A stretch of DNA of 64,000 nt from Octopus vulgaris (taxonomy: Eukaryota), in contig OX597815.1 of assembly GCA_951406725.2 (NCBI GenBank), positions 213,528,001-213,592,000 of the forward strand. The letters are read 5' to 3'. Below are positions 1 to 46,139 of this stretch, piece by piece. A model generated the notes under the pieces. It was given only the letters and a program-made list of their open reading frames with translations, did no database searches and was not told where the DNA came from. Numbering within the stretch: position 1 is the stretch's first letter; every line of letters starts with the position of its first letter. Made by a program: the position numbers and the translations under genes.

Positions 1-384
1 AATACGAATCGAAAGCGAGAGACGAACTCGGTTTACTGGATGCGTTGATCTGCGCTATTACGCCCTGGAAATGAGTATGTAGTGTTGGAAGTAATAAAGA
101 ACATTGGTTAGACCAATCAAACCCATCAGAACTTTGTGTCACACAGTTGTGAAATCCTCCAATGAAGTTATATCAAACGTTAAGAACATTTAGTGTTTCA
201 CCAGAAACATACTCGTTCTATTGAAGAGTAAACGTTGATTTGCGGCGATGAACGGAATATATATTGCTATCAGTGGAGAGGCCAACGATGTTATTAAGTC
301 CAGCACGATTTACGAGTCTAAATTAAAAAAAAATTGCTTATTTGAGCTCATGTTCAATGCTATAAATACAGAATGATAATATAT

Positions 385-795
385 TCTTTTATTCTTTTAC
401 TTGTTTCAGTCCTTTGACTGCGGCCATGCTGGAGCACCGCCTTAAAGAATTTTAGTCGAAGAAATCGACCCCAGAACTTATTCTTTGTAAGCCTAGTACT
501 TATTCTATCGGCCTCTTTGCCGAACCGCTAAGTTACGGGGGACATAAACACACCAGCATCGGTTGTCAAACGATGGCGAGGTAGGGGACAAACACAGACG
601 CACCCACACATATAAATATATATACATATACGAGGGGCTTCTTTCAGTTTCCGCCGACCAAATCCACTCACAAGGCTTTGACCGGCTCGAGGCTATAGTA
701 GAAGAGACTTGCCCAAGGTGTCACGCAGTGGAACTGAACCCGGAACCATGTGATTGGGAAACAAGCTTCTTACCACACAGCCACGCCTGCGCCAT
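385..795 (-). mobile_element. tRNA-derived SINE, family A
   Basis: Minus-strand head ggcgcaggcgtggctgtgtggtaagaag...ggttccgggttcagttcc with A/B-box-like motifs, followed by a gacaccttgggcaagt core. Four further copies occur in the window. Confidence 0.85.
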
Positions 796-909
796 ATAAA
801 GATATTGTTTTCGATAAAAAAGTTTACTTGAAACATTTTTCTTATCTTATGAAAACAAATCTCTTTCAATATTTAGCGAATACATTTTTTCTTTAATTCA
901 TTTCTCCAG

Positions 910-1034
910 CCCCTAACAGTTATTCTCTGCCAGCATTACTCGGGAGGACCATTCAAGGTGGAAAGTTACAGGCACCAGCTTATACGTTATTGGGACGAAA
1001 GACACTTGGGAGTTTCCATGAAGACTTAGCAAAG
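910..1034 (+). CDS. ODF3: Internal coding exon of an ODF3/SHIPPO1 (CIMAP1)-like outer dense fibre / ciliary microtubule-associated protein
   Basis: Pyrimidine tract plus CAG acceptor (ends 909) and AAG|GTAAGA donor (1035). Entry is phase 1 and exit phase 0. Translates to (A)PNSYSLPALLGRTIQGGKLQAPAYTLLGRKTLGSFHEDLAK, which matches the ODF3 segment P.Y.LP..LG....K..P.(F/Y)S..GR...G.F.(D/E)DL.K recalled from family knowledge. This exon is absent from the ORF track. Confidence 0.88.
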
Positions 1035-1164
1035 GTAAGATTGAAATCCATCTCTTTGTATCATTTAACATTTCTGTATTTACTCCACTCTTCACTCACG
1101 AATGTAATCAAATGACCTGTACAAAGGTATCTCATTGGAATGCTCATTAAAGAAAGGTAAACGG

Positions 1165-1480
1165 TAAAGACACCTTTGGGTCATGAATGACCATGAGATG
1201 GCACCTAGAATGTCCCCCCACCGAGGCACAAGTCCGAGGCAAAGTCCGAGCAAAGTTGTTTATGGAAGACCAGCAGTCACCCACGCATACCAGCCTCCCT
1301 TCTCCACGCCATCGATGTTACCCAAGGGAAAGGACAAAGGGGCCAATACAGCTTGGTATCAGTGACGCTGCAACTCATTTCTACAACTGAGTAAACTGGA
1401 GCAATATGAAATAGAGTGTCTTGCTCAAGAACACAACACAGCTCGGTCTGAGAATTGAACTCATTACCTCATGTTTGTAA
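1165..1480 (-). mobile_element. SINE, family B
   Basis: Similar along its length to 47455-47785 (gaagaccagcagtcaccc...gtgtcttgctcaagaacacaac...gaactc). Confidence 0.8.
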
Positions 1481-2194
1481 GCCCGCAAAATAAGCCTTTA
1501 GTTTAAGATTTGTTCCGTAACTGTTTTACACCATGACGACGATAATGATGTGAAGAAAAAAGCATGAAGTCGATAAAATTAAGAATGAAATGTGATTGTA
1601 GCTGTATCAGAATGTACATCACGGAATAAGAGAATCCACAGAGTATTCGATAAAGCGTGGGGCTTGGCCCGTGACCTTCACAGGTTTCTAAGACGGGTGA
1701 GATTGATGTTGGTCGACGTGCTGTTGGGATAGTTGAGCCAGCTGTATAAGTCGACGTCTGAAGAAAAGTATAACACGACACAAAGGGACTTTCTGAGGAT
1801 TGACCTTCTGGGGAGGAAGAATTAAATATAGTACTTAGTGGTGGTGGGTGGTGGGTGGTGGGATGAAATGAAGAAAGATGGTTTGTCGGAAAGGCTTGGT
1901 GATATTAAGTTTGCTACCTATGAGGGGCAGAGGATAGGATAATAAGGTGGAAGAGGCGAGTGAGGAGGAGGCATTGTTGTGTTAACTGGACGGCTTTCTT
2001 CTGGATTCAGTCAAAGACGTTTGTGTGTATGTAGAAGAAGCGTAGTGCCTGATGTAGGACCACTACTCTTATAATGAAGTTGTGATCTTACAATTGTAGA
2101 AAGTCAGCAGTTGTTCGGCATCTAGATATTTACTGGCCTTGAAGCGAGAATCTAATCTTTAAGATAAATCGTTTGCTATGTTATGAGTGAGAGG

Positions 2195-2492
2195 TCACCG
2201 GGTGATTGTGAAACGTACTGGTGCCACGTAGAATGTACCAGTGCCGGTACTATGTGTAAAGCACACATGCTTGTGCCACGTATAAAGCATGCGTGCCGTT
2301 GCTACGTAAAATGCACGCAATAATCTCTGTAAAGTGGTTGGCGTTAGATTAGAAAGGGCATCCGGCCGTAGAAACAGCGCCAATACAGACAATTGGAGTA
2401 TAGTGCATCTCTCTGGCTGGCCAGCTCCAGTCAAACATTCCAACCCATGCCAGCACGGAAAACACGTTAAACGTTAAATGATGATGATGATG
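2195..2492 (+). mobile_element. SINE, family C (internal gccacgta-type tandem units, ...cgttaaa(tga)n tail)
   Basis: Shares its internal repeats and 3' end with 53155-53500, 48800-49068 and 45535-45630 (-). Confidence 0.75.
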
Positions 2493-2721
2493 CAGTTGTT
2501 GCAATTTTGAAAGTTTCAAATGTATTATTGTTGAATGTTGTTTCCTTGACAAATACATTGGTTGTGTCTTTGAGTTGTTCAAAGAGACTAAAGGCGGATA
2601 TGTTTACAGAAGCAGAGCACATTTGAAATGAAGTATTGAAGTGTGGCGATGGTGCGTGGATGACCTTTGCAAACAGAAGATTAGAAAAGAGTGGTATCGT
2701 CGAATTAAGAGTTAGTAATAT

Positions 2722-2909
2722 TGATTTCAAATTTTGGGGAAGATGTAAGTGAATTGCGATGACTCCTATGCTCAACTGGTATTTACTTTATCGGCCCTGA
2801 AAGAATGAAAGGCAAAGTCGACCTTGGCGCAAGTTGAACCCAGAGCGTGAAGACGGACGAAATACTGCTAAGCATTTCACCCGACTCTGCTAACAGTTCA
2901 ACCGCCTTA
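2722..2909 (-). mobile_element. SINE, family D (Nin-domain-like core), left member of a head-to-head pair
   Basis: ctggtatttactttatcggccctgaaagaatgaaaggcaaagtcgacc core. TSD-like aagagttagtaatat (2707-2721) / aagagttattaatat (2910-2924). Confidence 0.8.
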
Positions 2910-2935
2910 AAGAGTTATTAATATCATGTTTGACT

Positions 2936-3148
2936 TCAGGCGGCAGAATCGTTTGCACGCCGGGAAAAAATGCTTGGCTGCATTTTGTCAGTCTTTACGT
3001 TCTGAGTTCAAATTCCACCGAAGTTGACTTTGACTTTCATCCTCTCGGGGCTGATAGAATAAGTATCAGTTGAGTACTGGGCTCCGTGTAATCGACTAGC
3101 CCCTCCCCACGAACTTGCAGGCTTTGTGTCAAAAATTGAAATTAGTAT
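2936..3148 (+). mobile_element. SINE, family D, right member of a head-to-head pair
   Basis: gttgactttgactttcatcctctcggggctgatagaataagta core. TSD-like catgtttgact (2925-2935) / tatgtgtgact (3149-3159). Confidence 0.8.
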
Positions 3149-3319
3149 TATGTGTGACTGCGAGTGGGTCGTTAATATACGAGACATAAACGTACTTTGG
3201 AGTCCGTGGGTTATGTACAGCCACATATGCAGAGCTGGTTACTCTGGCTTTACAGAAGATTACTGTCTAAAAGACGAGAGCCAGTTGAATCGGGAGATTT
3301 TCATGCTAGACAAGATCAT

Positions 3320-3615
3320 TATTTACATTATTTACATTTGACGGATATTTGTCCTCATCTTGTTTGTTGTTAACACAACGTTTCGGCTGATAAACCCTCC
3401 AGCCTTCTTCAGGTGTCTTGGGGAAATTTCGAACCTGGGTTCTCATTCCTAAGGTATTTTTCGATGTTGTTGTTGTTGTTGTTGTTGTTGTTCTTCTTCT
3501 TCTTCTTCTTCTTCTTCTTCTTCTTCTTCTTCTTCTTCTTCTTCTTCTTCTTCTTCTTCTTCTTCTTCTTCTTCTTCTTCTTTTTTTTCTTCTTCTTCTT
3601 CTTCTTTTTCTTCTT

Positions 3616-3646
<31 letters not shown>

Positions 3647-3649
3647 TCA

Positions 3650-3735
<86 letters not shown>

Positions 3736-3858
3736 GTTGTTGTTGTTAGTGTTCAGCTCACTGCTTGGAATCGAACTCGGAATGTTGGAGTTAAGAGCGG
3801 GAATATCCGTCGAATGTAAATAATGTACATAATTCCTCATCTCTTAAATATAGAACTG
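3320..3858. mobile_element. Short Penelope-type element with inverted ends, an internal compound trinucleotide microsatellite and a hammerhead motif
   Basis: 13-bp TSD tagacaagatcat (3307-3319 and 3859-3871). ~26-bp inverted ends (3324-3349 / 3802-3827) plus a one-sided tail. (GTT)(CTT)(ATT)n occupies 3465-3748. A related remnant lies at 49225-49460. Confidence 0.75.
3373..3416 (-). ncRNA. Minimal type I hammerhead ribozyme motif
   Basis: Minus strand reads ACAC CUGAAGA A GGCUG gaggguuuau CAGCC GAAA CG UU GUGU: intact core, 5-bp stem II, palindromic ACGU stem III and 4-bp stem I. Confidence 0.75.
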
Positions 3859-4507
3859 TAGACAAGATCATATGCTTTAACGATATAAAGTGCAACGAAA
3901 TTTTTCGACCAAATATCTCAAGGAGGAGAAACCACTGTTGAGTGAAATAGGAGGGCAGTTTCCTTGTATGTCTGGCCCTTCAGAAGTAATACTGGGGGTC
4001 ATTGAGGAGGGAACAGATTCAAAGTGTTGAAGGCAACTTAATAAGCTGCTTCCACTACTTTTGAAATATTGGCAGTGAAAGCGAGAAGTTGATAGTTGGC
4101 AGGGCTAGAATTTCTCCCTTCTTGGGAATTAGATACACCCTGACGAGTTTCCTTCCACTGATTAGGTTATATTATTGGCGAGAGAGAAGGAGAGAGAGAG
4201 AGAGAGAGACTAAGGGAGAGAGTGAAAGAGAGACTAAGAGAGAGATGGAAGATGGGTGAGGATAGGTGCTATCGCTGGGGTGCACAGTTCTGACTGTAAT
4301 GCAAGGGCCATGATCAGAATCTGTGATCTTTCTGGTTTGAAGCAGATAAAGCTGTTTTCCCTCTTGGCCTATATTTGGTGGTGTGACTACTGGAGTGGAG
4401 AAGACAAATGTTGGTAGAGGCTTTCCGAACGTGTGCAATGTAGAGTTGGATATAATGTGGGCGACACAGTTGAAAGCTTTCTTCGTAAGAGTGCTACTCA
4501 CTCTCAT

Positions 4508-4712
4508 CATATTAGTTTCAAATTTTGGCACAAAATGGCGTAAGCCGATGAAATCAGCCTCAGTGCTCAACTGGTACTTACTTTATCTACTCCGAAAGGA
4601 TGAAAGGCCAAGTTTACCTCGGCGGAATTCGAACTCAATATCTGAAGACTGACAAAATGCTGGTAAACATTTCATCCGGCATACTAACAATTCTTTCAGC
4701 CCCCCTCCCCCC
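4508..4712 (-). mobile_element. SINE, family D (single copy)
   Basis: Same core as 2722-2909. TSD-like tcactctcat / tcactttcat. Confidence 0.7.
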
Positions 4713-4724
4713 GGTTTAATCACT

Positions 4725-5250
4725 TTCATTCTATTAGTGAATGGTTGATAAGAAGATGTTGAGAATTTGATAGAGATTATCGTTGAAAAGTTTGGAAACT
4801 GGAGAGCATGTACGATGCTGAGTGCTGTAGCAAAGCGTAATTTCGCTTGAAAGAGTTGAGGTTGCTTAAGATGGCGACTGTTTCCAACGTTTGTAGGTCG
4901 CCTGTGTTTCTGAAGCACAGTTACGTATAACTAGATTAGGAATTGTGATATGTGGTATGGAAACATGACTGGTATTGCGAAGTATGAAGATGTATGGCGG
5001 GTAGACGTGGTTTGATAGTGGGTGGATGATCCAACAGGATGTAGCTTGATAAAGGCTAGGTTTGAAGGCGAGAAATAGATCAAAGGTGCTTTAGACATAC
5101 TGTCAATCGGCGATACATATGGTTGATGACATTAATTGATGCCGAGGGTTAAAGATGAAAAGTGTTCGGTTTTTACACCAGCAACATCAGAATAGTAGGA
5201 GTACGAAAGCCAAGAAGAGTTGTAGACATTAAAATCATGCGTCAACACGA
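4725..5250 (-). pseudogene. Second decayed LINE RT fragment
   Basis: Weak RT C-terminal-like peptides on the minus strand resembling those at 1900-2700. Heavily degraded. Confidence 0.4.
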
Positions 5251-5273
5251 CAGAGTGTGTGTGTGAGAGAGAT

Positions 5274-5317
<44 letters not shown>

Positions 5318-6269
5318 AAGAGTAGAGTGCGGAGTTTTAAAAGCTCAAGTCAGAGTGTAAGGACGAAGTGTCCATACTTTTAGGGAAGTATAACGCGTGA
5401 TTCATGCCCGTCGCTAAGGGTTGCACTGGACAGCACTGTCTCGTCCCTATTCAATTGTGTACTCTAATATTTACAGTAACACACTTATTTCGAAACTCTA
5501 TTTTGGCATTATTACACATTAGTGCCCACCTAGAATATTCTGAAACATCTTCCGGGCACCAAAGTCTGGCAACGGGCCTAGCGTATTTGATGTCCTCTCC
5601 ACAAGACATGGGATGGAGAATGGAAGAGGTCTGAGAGTGGCAGATGCAGTGGCTAAATTTAGAAAAATTTAAAATATGGTTTTTAGGAAATCCTATAAAT
5701 CCAAGTATTATACCAAACTAATACTAATAATGCTTTTCTAGTCAACTAAACTCTGGCCTTGATATTAGCTTTTGTTGTTCCCCTTATGTTACGCCATTTT
5801 TCAACGTGTATTTTTGTTGGTTCCAAAAGTTTATTATTGCGGTCTTCGACTTCTTTACCGGTTAATGGAATAGTCAGAAAGGCCTAAACTATTTACATAA
5901 TTTCAGATTCCCTAGTGATCAACGTTGAAGAATGCCTTCTGAAGCGATAATTCACAAGAGGTTTCTTAAATGTGTCACAGATTTTAAAAAATACAGCAGA
6001 ATTAGCTCATCGTGTCCACTTTGAGACCAATACGTTTTGATAACAATAACCACTTGATGACATTAAGCAGACGATAATATAACACTATCTGAACCAATTA
6101 ATCGATTAAGCCGATTATTTTAAGATCATTTTCAGTAGAGAGTTTGGGACCCGTTAATTTTGAGAGCAATAACTTTTTCACAGCATTATCGTACTATAAA
6201 CATAATCGTCCAACATAAATATACTATCGCCACTCCTGACACCAACATTTTCCCTAAATCTTTTATCGT

Positions 6270-6645
6270 TAATCTTTTACTTGCTTCAATCATTACACTG
6301 CGGCCATACTGGGGCACCACTTTGAAGAATTTTTTGTTGAATGAATCGCCCCCAGTTCTTAGTTTCTTTTTTAGGCCTGGCACTTATTCTATCGGTTCCT
6401 TTTGCCCAGCCGCTATGTTACGGGAACGCAGTCACACCAACACTAGCTGTCAAGTGGTAGTGACACACACACACACACACACGACGGACTTCTTTCAGTT
6501 TCTGTCAACCAGATCCACTCACAAGGCTTTGGTCGGCTCGAGGCTATAGTAGAAGACACCTGTCCAATGTGCCACGCAGTGGGACTGAACCTAGAACCAT
6601 GTGATTGGGAAGCAAGCTTCTTACCACATAGCTACGCCTGCGTCT
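6270..6645 (-). mobile_element. SINE, family A
   Basis: Collinear with 385-795, with an internal (CA)n. Confidence 0.85.
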
Positions 6646-7346
6646 ATATGCTTAACTTTAGAACAAAGCTTTTTTTAATATATACTTTTCTTACGAAGGG
6701 TGCCATTGGTTTTTTTTAAATCCCCAGTTTATCCCAAGCTGATGCACATCCCCAGTGCACCACAATGTCAAAAAGATTGAGAATCCCTATCTTAGGCATT
6801 TGGACTGGTAATTATTTATAGAAAAAAGTAGTCTACTGTTATATATCGAAAGTAAATTGTCCTCATATTGCACTATGCAGGGCTTCCGTCAGTCAGGGGT
6901 GACCATTCATTAGTACCTTCGTCGGTCAGGACTGACCAATAATAACCACCGTATACGCAGACCTGGTCAAATTTTTCTTTTGTTGTTGGAAAATTAGCTA
7001 CTTTACGCGTTCAAGTCTCCCCATTTCCACTCCACCAATTCTGTCTGAGGCCACCGCCTTGAAGACGATACAGTTTGGTACCAGTGTTGTCGCAGGCGTT
7101 GCTGTTAGACTACAAAGAGCCGGAACACATAACCCACAGGCTATTGTCTGACGCGCAAACAATTCTCCCACTGCACCCACTTGGTTGGTATTTTTTTATA
7201 AATCGAATCTGGAAAGGTGAAAGGCGAACTCAGAACACAAACAACCGGGACAAATACACCAAGGCATCCTATCCGACGCTCAGCCAGTTCATCGCCTCGC
7301 AATATATATCCACGAAGGGATGTTGAAAAATTCCTGGCTATATATA

Positions 7347-7615
7347 GGAGTGACTGCGTGGTAAGTAGCTTGCTTACGAAACACATGGATCCGGGTTCTG
7401 TCCCACTGCGTGACACCTTGGGCAAGTACCTTCTACTATAGCCTCGGGCTGACTAAATCCTTGTGAGTGGATTTGGTAGACGGAAACTGAAAGAAGCCCA
7501 TCGTATATATGTATATATTTATTTGTGTGTATGTTTGTGTGTCTGTGTTTGTCTCCCCAACATCGCTTGACAACCGATGCTGGTGTGTTTACAAGTAAAA
7601 GAAAAAAGAAAATAA
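7347..7615 (+). mobile_element. SINE, family A (internally deleted)
   Basis: ggagtgactgcgtggtaag...gacaccttgggcaagt...gacggaaactgaaagaagccc, ending in the family's aagtaaaaga tail. Confidence 0.8.
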
Positions 7616-7619
7616 TATA

Positions 7620-8443
<824 letters not shown>

Positions 8444-9169
8444 TCTAACTTTTAATCCGCTTGTTATTATGACAGTAGTGGTTAAAGCGATCGTTGCAAC
8501 GAAATAAGATAAAGCGCTTAATAATTTCAATAGCAAACAGACGACAATGATCTCATGCGAAGCTTTCCCTCACAATCGTCTGCATTCATCAAAGTAAAAC
8601 ATATGTACAAACGAAATAGAATTATTTACATTTGCCACACTCTTAATTTATCTATTGACATATAAACCTTACTTGTTCGTACTTTCAATCTATACAGGTT
8701 GACACTTGTATTACAAGTTGTCAATCCCAATTTTTCTCTTAGTCTTTGTCATAAATAAGAATGTTAGTATTTATTCATTTATTCTGCTTTGTAATTTCTT
8801 TCTACGTTTTTTAGCATATTTTTTCGAATGTTGATACTTTTCTTTGTCTTTCATATTTAATTTTTCCAAGAACCCCCGCTTCCCTTTCCTTAGCATTAAA
8901 TCAAAATTACGTAGTTTTGTCGTTTATAGGAGGCAAAATAAAAAAAACAAAAAGCAAACAAAAACTATAAAACCCATCATAACGAAATATATTAATTCTG
9001 ATTTTAATGGCATTCCATAACAGACACCCCAACGGAATGACGAATAAAACAACAGGCTGTCGCATAGCCACATTAAACTACTTTTCAAGGAATATGACAG
9101 AAATATATTCAGATATTCAGTGGCAGATAAAAGTTTTCCTGTGAATATTTACGTCTGAGTATATTTTCT

Positions 9170-41780
<32,611 letters not shown>

Positions 41781-41822
41781 ATCTACCTACCTACCTACCT
41801 ACCTACCTACCTACCTATCTAC

Positions 41823-41857
<35 letters not shown>
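41781..41857. repeat. (CTAC)n-(CTAT)n tetranucleotide tail of the satellite
   Basis: Direct reading of the sequence. Confidence 0.95.
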
Positions 41858-41858
<1 letters not shown>

Positions 41859-42582
41859 TTAAATCAACCTTTACTACCTCTACTATCTAACTTCAACACT
41901 AACACCACCACCATCAATACTAAACCAAAACAACCATCACCGTTACCATCCCATCAGCTTCTTAATGACCATCACCAACAATACTATGAACAAGATAAAC
42001 ATTTCATCTAAAATCAAGATCAATTAGACCCTAGAGATATGATCCTCTAGGGTCTTTCAAATGTTGAATTAGATGTTTTTGATTTTAAGGCTAATCAGAA
42101 TTGCCTTGTGACTAAACAGCAACAACAATACAATTTACAAGAACATGACCACTGCCACCACCAAAAATACCCCTACTGTCACCACTACCAATCTCTCATC
42201 TTTTGAATAACCATCTCGCAATAACAATAATAGTATCAACAATATGGCAAAGTCTGTAGCTACATATATTGTATATCACCATAATGGTGTTTGTGTGTGT
42301 GAGGGAGAGAGAGTGAAGATTTTATTGCTTTAATCAGAAATGCAAAGGCAAAGTACTATTGAACCCAGTAACCCTTCAACCAGCTGTAGTTATACAGTAA
42401 TTCCCCCAACCTTACTCCTTCACATTTTCATCAGTTCATTTTTATTCATACATCAGTTTATATCCATAGGAATTGGATAACAAGTTCTTGCTCTCACAGA
42501 ATAGTTCTTTCCTGGTGCTATTTTTTATTACATACTTGTGAATGCCAACACTGTTGGATTTACCTACAATTAAAGATGACCG

Positions 42583-42750
42583 GGTAGAACCCAAGCTATC
42601 CAGTGGAAACAAAGGTGGCAAGGCGAAAAAGAACCGTAAAAGGATTCCACTGGATATTCAACTTGGTGTTTAAAAAATTATGGAGCGGGAATAAAAAAAT
42701 CAGCATTATTGCCAAAACATTAACGCTTGCAAAATCTACTGCGCGAAGGA
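42583..42750 (+). pseudogene. pogo/Tigger transposase N-terminal HTH (psq-type) relic
   Basis: VEPKLSSGNKGGKAKKNRKRIPLDIQLGV*, then a frameshift, then KNYGAGIKKISIIAKTLTLAKSTAR. This fits the Tigger/CENP-B RK.I.L..K...IA..L.L.KSTV pattern. Confidence 0.6.
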
Positions 42751-42911
42751 TGCATGACAACAGAAGGAAAACTTAAACTACCAAGAAATGACTCCGTTAA
42801 CTACTGGAGAGCACATTCGAAAAGTACTACAATATTGGAAAAGTACGCCACCCATTTCAACACCGTACTCAGTTATCAGAGTACGACATTGATCCACAAG
42901 GAAACGGAGGG

Positions 42912-42977
<66 letters not shown>

Positions 42978-43764
42978 GTTTTTCAATTTTAATATGTATA
43001 CGTATAACTCTGTATGTTGTATTTTCTGCTAGTGTACCTGTTACGTTATATTCTACTATACACACGTGGCCCTATTTATATTATACTTCGTCTCGACCTG
43101 TTACCATTTTTTAAAACATATTCGTTAGATTTTTATTCTTATTTTCATGTTATAGTTTACTGTTCACAAACACACACATACACCGACACACACACTTACA
43201 CATATACACAATGTATACCTGCGCGCGCGTGTGTGGATAGTACATGTACAGAGCAATTTTAGTTTTGTGAAGATGAAGCTAGCGTTAGACGAATTATAGG
43301 ATACAGATACCAAATATGTCTAGCAAAGAAAATTCAAAATAGCCAGTTTAGGAAAACTACCAATAGCATTCATTCTTCATTTTGAAATTCTGGTAATTGA
43401 GAATCGAAATGTTATGTACAAGACGACCAGATGAACGTCAAGTGAATTTCTTATGCGGTCTGCACGCCACGAGCTTTATGCCATGTTACAGTGAAAGAAT
43501 TAATGAATGAGATTGGCTTAGAAGCGAAGGAAATGCCTAACTTTACCATAAGGAAACTGTTGAGCTATGGAATCTTGAATATACGGAGATATACGGAGAT
43601 TGCAAAGTAAGACGAAGACCATGGAAAGTAACACGTAGCGAATCCTTCTTTAATTTAATACATTCTCCTTGAAAATTGGATGAAATTCTTCATCCTTTGC
43701 CTAAACTACCTCCACCTCACTCTAGCTTTCCACCTTCACACTCATTTGTCGTTCACATTCACAA

Positions 43765-44167
43765 ATTTCAGTCATTGGACTACGGCCATGCTGGGGCTTC
43801 GCCTTGAAGGGTTTAGTCGAACAAATCGACTGTAGTACTAATATTTTTGTATAGCCTGGTACTTATTCTATCAATCTCTAACGCCAAACCGCTAAGTTAA
43901 GGGGATGTAAACAAATCACAACTGATTGTTAAGCGCTGGTAGGAGACAAACCCAAGCACCAAGACTCACACAGATTTGCTAGAATGTATATCCACACACG
44001 ATGCAACGGGATTCTTTCAGTTTCCATCAACCATACCCACTTACAAGACTTTCGTCGACCCGAAGCAATAGTAGAAAATATTTGTCATAAGTACCACGGA
44101 ATGGGACTGAACCAGGAACCACGTAGTTAGAAAGAAAGCTTCTTACCACTCAGCCTCTCCTGCGCCT
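43765..44167 (-). mobile_element. SINE, family A (diverged)
   Basis: Collinear with 385-795. Confidence 0.8.
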
Positions 44168-44528
44168 GCTTATGTTTGGTTTTTATTTCATTCTATTGTT
44201 ATTTTTACATTTTATTTTTTGTAGTTGTAACATCACATGATGTTCCTAGCACGTGGAACCACTTGGCGGCTGGCAAGTTGCCAATAACTCCACTCGGTTC
44301 TGACAATATACGACAAGCTATAAATGTCTCGTATTTACAAATTTGTATTTGCCAATTATGTACATGTGATTATATGAGTGTGATCGGTTGTTTGACTCAA
44401 GGTTCGTTCTGAGCTAAAAAGTCAGTTCTCATCACGGCAGGAATTCAATTAAAGTTATTCAAAATTGCTTTTCGGATGCCGAAAAAATAGCTGAGATGTA
44501 CCAAATATTTTGAACGTGTGAACGGTTA

Positions 44529-44565
<37 letters not shown>

Positions 44566-44568
<3 letters not shown>

Positions 44569-44763
44569 GGTCCCGGGTTGATTCAGGGTTAACCACAGTA
44601 AGTAAGGTACTCAATACATAGCAGAGTAAAATTAATTTATTATATAGAAGGAGCTTCTACAGGACTAGTACTGTTTCATTCAAGAGAAATCTTCAGGAAG
44701 CATGAGCTTCCTGAAGATTTCTCTTGAATGAAACAGTACTAGTCCTGTAAACTCCTTCTATAT

Positions 44764-44767
<4 letters not shown>
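44566..44767. mobile_element. Palindromic mini-element with two back-to-back hammerhead motifs, inserted in (TA)n
   Basis: Arms at 44637-44701 and 44704-44767, plus a one-sided tail at 44566-44636. A near-identical copy in the opposite orientation lies at 54228-54426. Confidence 0.85.
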
Positions 44768-44851
<84 letters not shown>

Positions 44852-45129
44852 AAGAATATATATATGTATATTTCAAGTTGAAATACAGTTTTCAAATTGG
44901 TGGCTGAAATTTGCATGGAGACTTTTTTTCACAGATTTCAAGGAATATGTAATTTTTTTTACATGGCCCCTATAGAAAAGAAATTAAAAATAAATAATAA
45001 AAATAGTAATGGTGTGCTTGCACTTAGCTCCCTCCCCTCTCAAATTTCTTTGTCGTGCGAGTTACTTGGTCATCCTGCCGGTGCAGGGGCCACGTAAAAA
45101 GCATCCTGTCCGCACAAACCGTGGCTCGC

Positions 45130-45335
45130 AGGACCTCCTCCGTTAGGGTGGTTTCCCTGAGTCACCGTCTCACCCTTGTACGCCAATCCGTCGCAAGGTT
45201 ACCCGTTTGTAATTGAATGGACCGGAGTTACGTAACATGAAGAGTTTTGTTCAAGAATACAATGCACAGCAGCTCTGGGGATTGAAACCGCGATCTTGCG
45301 ATCGTGAGTGCAACAGTTTACCACTAGGCTATGCG
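45130..45335 (-). mobile_element. Diverged tRNA-derived SINE fragment
   Basis: gagttttgttcaagaatacaat...ggggattgaaaccgcgatc...accactaggc resembles the heads of families B and E. Confidence 0.55.
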
Positions 45336-45344
45336 TAATAGATG

Positions 45345-45436
45345 TTTCCTCCTTCGCCTCCTCCTCCTCCTCCTCCTCCTCTTCCTCTTCCTCCTCCCCT
45401 CATCATCATCATCATCATCATCATCATCGTCGTCGT

Positions 45437-45471
<35 letters not shown>

Positions 45472-45535
45472 TCATCCTTCCCCTCCTCCTCCGCGCCTCC
45501 TCTTCCTCCTCCTCCTCCTCCTCCTCCTCCTCCTT
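45345..45535. repeat. Compound trinucleotide microsatellite (CCT)(CAT)(CGT)(CCT), expanded at a family C SINE tail
   Basis: Direct reading. It abuts the minus-strand SINE C end ttaacgtcc...tccatgctggcatgg. Confidence 0.9.
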
Positions 45536-45718
45536 ATTTAACGTCCGTCTATCCATGCTGGCATGGTTTGGACGGTTTGATAGGAGCGGCCAGGTAGAAG
45601 ACTGCACAAGGGCTACTGTGTCTGTTTCAGTTATAAATAATTTTTTTTTACACATTTTTTTTTTATGAATCTAAATCAGAGCCGTCTTCTGGGTCTCGCA
45701 ATTCCGAAGGAATGGAGA

Positions 45719-45731
45719 TCACCATGGCAAC
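45719..45731. promoter_or_regulatory. Candidate RFX X-box
   Basis: TCACCATGGCAAC matches the RFX consensus GTYNCCATGGYAAC at all but the outermost base. Its exact reverse complement is at 46140-46152. Confidence 0.45.
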
Positions 45732-46139
45732 TGACAACAGCAAAATAGTTTTGAAATGTTCTATTCAAAATATAACATAATCATGTGATTGTGTTTATTT
45801 GAAATATTAACCCTTTGGCTGTGAAATTCAATTTGCTAGTTACTCCACCTACGATGTAATGATGTTAAATATCAAGAAAAAAAAGAGAAGAAAGAAAATA
45901 GAAATTGTATTTTCTGAAAGTCATACCACAACAAAAACTAGCTACAAACATGATATGATAACGAAAAGGTTGTTTGATTTCCTGGTTATTTGTCTCATTT
46001 TGGGATGGGAACGGTTTAAGGGGGTGGGGGTGGGTAGATGGGGTCGGATTGGCGTCAAAATTTACACGGGGTGGGGGAGGGTAAAATGGGATGGGCAATG
46101 GTGTGAGGAGGGCTGCAAGTCGCTCGGGCCTACCGTTTT

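Larger units (their letters stand above)
1500..4170 (-). pseudogene. Decayed LINE ORF2 (CR1/L2/Jockey-type reverse transcriptase), interrupted by younger insertions
   Basis: Minus-strand RT motifs in the expected order: PNQWK..LIPKKG..SPANY (~4160-4090), DPQY and VALYIVKAYDLV (~4000-3860), INDPL (~3175), DDTTL (~2700), IQKKAVQL (~2005). Many stops and frameshifts. Confidence 0.75.

Noticed and set aside
60-340. Faint Tc1/mariner-like peptide traces (also 5840-6040)
   Set aside because: Too degraded to support a call by eye.
3306-3840. Poly-R/K/N/F/L/I ORFs
   Set aside because: These are translations of trinucleotide microsatellites.
45680-45780. Short open frame EPSSGSRNSEGMEITMATDNSK after a CAG
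   Set aside because: No homology and no downstream donor. The region is better explained as non-coding sequence containing an X-box-like motif.
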